Shown one piece after another: positions 21,801-23,026 of a stretch of 23,026 bases of DNA. The translations under genes and the position numbers were made by a program. The notes beneath the pieces are model-generated. The model was not told the origin of the DNA, made no database searches, and worked only from the letters and a program-made list of their open reading frames with translations. This stretch comes from Caecitellus pseudoparvulus. Lineage: Eukaryota > Protista > Bigyra: Bicosoecida. Within the stretch, counting starts at the first letter, position 1. The number at the start of each line of letters is the position of its first letter. The stretch is from the NCBI GenBank assembly GCA_965644315.1, contig CBFFRQ010000172.1:1-23026 (forward strand), given 5' to 3'.

Positions 21801-23024
21801 AATGCTGTGCCAATGACCAGGTAACGAAAGAGCAGGAGGCGACTCCAACACTTGCTGGCAAGCAGATTGCAAAGCTTCAGCACTCGCAAGAATGCTAGCA
21901 TCAAGCATAGCGGGCCAGCTTGCGACCCGTGCTCGCCATGCTTCTTCTGCGAGGGAGGCCACGTCTTGGCCAAGCTCCAAGCGACTCGACGCAAGCGCGC
22001 CAAGCAACGCCTGCAGCGAACCTGAGATAGCCGATGCCGGGTCCAAGAGTGACTCGTGTGGCAAACCTCCGAAATATGCCGACCCTGAGTACTGCTGCTG
22101 GGCAGACTCAGCTGCAGCTTCAGCGACGAGCACGTCAGACTCCACATCAAGCTCTGAAGCAGCCCACACGACCAGCAAACTCGTCGTCTCAATGAACGAA
22201 GTCAAGTTTGCCACAGCCTCACCGAGTTGGTGCCTGGCTGTGTTGAAGTCAGACACAGAAGCAGGGTCTGAGCTTGCGCTGCGGTGCAATGAAGACCTCA
22301 GCGCCAGGCCTGCAGCCTCCAGCTCAGTCAGAGCCGCAGAAACGGTTGAGTTCAGGCCGACCGCAAGGTCAGCCAGCGTCGCACTATGCTTGCGCGCAGC
22401 ATCGATAACTAGTGCTTCGAAAGGATTTGATGCAACGTCATCTGCAGACCCCAGCTGTAGGGACTCTGAGAAAGACTCCAGTTTAGCCACAGCAGCCTCA
22501 ATTTCAGGCCGGACCCGCTCAAAACGAGACGTCATGAACGACACGTCAAGGTTGTCTTGAATGACATCCACAGCAGCTGATGTTTCAGGGCCGAGACCGC
22601 CCTGCAGAAGCGCTGCAAACGGGGCAAGAGCGCCACCAGATCCGGACACGACGCTGTCGATGAGGAAGATTGTATCACGCACTTTCTGCGCGTCAGCCAC
22701 AATCCCGTCAACGAATGAGCTTCCCTTTGCAAGGACAGCATCAACCCTATCCAGAACATCTAGCACGTGATCTCCATAGCCAGCGATGCGTTCATACCAG
22801 TTGTTCACGTTGTCCAGGTGGCCCTGGATCATCTCGATCACGGGGGGATCGGCGATGTACTCCAGCTTCTCCTGCACCGCTGCCAGCTGGCCATCCACGG
22901 CATCAATGAACTCTTGAACCCGGAGGAACTCAAGTGCTTGGTCCAGATAGGCATTGACAATGTCCAGCACGCCTTGGGTGTCCAGCAGTGCATCGACGAA
23001 GCCTTGCACAGCTTCGATGTACTC
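3..23024 (-). CDS. Giant multidomain secreted/surface protein, partial at both ends (>7,674 aa): helical region + beta-propeller + LLTP/MTP-like beta-sheet + FN3-like repeat array
   Basis: The minus-strand frame whose codons have a lowest coordinate divisible by 3 reads EYIEAVQGFVDALLDTQGVLDIVNAYLDQ... at 23024 and ...ILVPSVNLSPGV at 3. I saw no stop in the hand-translated parts (1-9840, 10200-11700, 19560-23024, samples elsewhere). Every minus-strand ORF in the supplied track is in one of the other two frames. A stop in this frame would have produced a reported ORF, so the frame is stop-free across the window. The translation has coherent domain motifs throughout. Confidence 0.96.
6840..7380 (-). 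other. Long-stranded antiparallel beta-sheet domain, candidate MTP/vitellogenin/apoB (LLTP) lipid-binding sheet
   Basis: Translation FVFFKLRFPLGPPIVPLFLSISAGVDVQVDLDVSLLLKEKLLAVSLIPSATPYFAAGIEIDFGIGVAGVQARVRLFSLAVVPTASLQINPAGKVDLCLQMDLALQYP...IPLFKVC shows alternating hydrophobic strands. IEID..AGV (7155-7187) and CLQMD (7056-7070) match, in order and spacing, ITVD..AGL and CMQMD of the human MTP C-terminal sheet as I recall it. Confidence 0.6.
7381..7740 (-). other. Arg-rich, probably disordered linker / propeptide-like segment
   Basis: LCETRRSLGSVGAEVEDAAEPITLDELARDAAHGRSLTQAAG...DGRKLRVRN...SRRSGVRV...VRRGSSRVLQAVG, with several R-x-L and dibasic motifs lying between two globular domains. 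Confidence 0.55.
7860..9300 (-). other. Beta-propeller domain with long inserted loops
   Basis: Blade-like motifs occur in order: VTLPGLVEDWMPQGVEALD (from 9296), PSIIVVMND..ILKTFSLQLPDGTPYFGSVADLALD...LLWVC, FEVDVQANALFYD...TLWVGEYY (8808-8828), GWTVGFAL, GARAKGVMLF, MRVPAGVESLALYDG (~8000-8020), VTSTGA, DDTVYKF. Confidence 0.7.
9500..12850 (-). other. Cys-poor amphipathic alpha-helical region (apolipoprotein/helical-bundle-like)
   Basis: Examples are AIARVVDEAQGYLDMAGQVLDVLDSSQEIEDFLTQKVMLQINRMVDNVGDLLANAAEDLRVVLQELAARLVEEVDGVVDQ and TFRTTVVDSLNSVVSYIRGTAEKLVLLARDQF. Both show 3-4 hydrophobic periodicity with short Pro/Gly breaks. The upper boundary is approximate. Confidence 0.7.
12850..21900 (-). 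other. About 3,000-aa Ala/Leu/Ser-rich, mostly helical region with dispersed cysteines and many N-glycosylation sequons; no family recognised
   Basis: Samples are LAQALESTCVVPACGSAARLLF, AQLRAQLNVTEANFTRLSELAQSVCSVAETSEADIMTLAACSSEPVSPFDLAVAACAFRTQLANLLHYCS and ANETVIASALSCEAALATVAGVPGCSLVASTL. Only partly translated by hand. Confidence 0.55.
21900..23024 (-). other. Acidic amphipathic helical region (apolipoprotein-like), continues upstream of the window
   Basis: EYIEAVQGFVDALLDTQGVLDIVNAYLDQALEFLRVQEFIDAVDGQLAAVQEKLEYIADPPVIEMIQGHLDNVNNWYERIAGYGDHVLDVLDRVDAVLAKG. No Cys in this stretch. Confidence 0.65.
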
Positions 23025-23026
23025 CG

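Noticed and set aside
263-22759. Short minus-strand ORFs in the track
   Set aside because: All lie in the two alternative frames overlapping the giant CDS and show no recognisable protein features.
1-23026. RNA genes, CRISPR arrays, transposons, PKS/NRPS modules
   Set aside because: I saw no tRNA/rRNA-like segments, spaced direct repeats, terminal repeats or catalytic motifs of these classes. The window appears fully coding, though 12900-19500 was only sampled.

Overview
The whole window lies inside one uninterrupted minus-strand reading frame (codons 23024->3, 7,674 codons) that is open at both ends. The supplied ORF track omits it because it has no stop codon in the window, and the listed short ORFs are antisense or out-of-frame shadows of it. 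I translated by hand all of 1-9840 and 19560-23024 plus samples in between. This gives a giant, apparently secreted, probably eukaryotic protein. From N- to C-terminus (right to left) it has: a >4,500-aa alpha-helical region with apolipoprotein-like amphipathic ends and a Cys-studded Ala/Leu/Ser core; a beta-propeller; an Arg-rich linker with candidate processing sites; a long-stranded beta-sheet domain; and at least 19 divergent FN3/Ig-like repeats delimited by D-x-T-P-P. The beta-sheet domain resembles the lipid-binding sheet of microsomal triglyceride transfer protein (MTP) and other large lipid transfer proteins (LLTPs), and it carries a +10, six-Cys hairpin. The best hypothesis is an uncharacterised giant LLTP-like lipid-handling protein fused to an adhesin-like stalk, encoded without evident introns. 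I found no supportable RNA genes, mobile elements, CRISPR arrays or regulatory sites. Family assignments come from motif recognition, not database searches.
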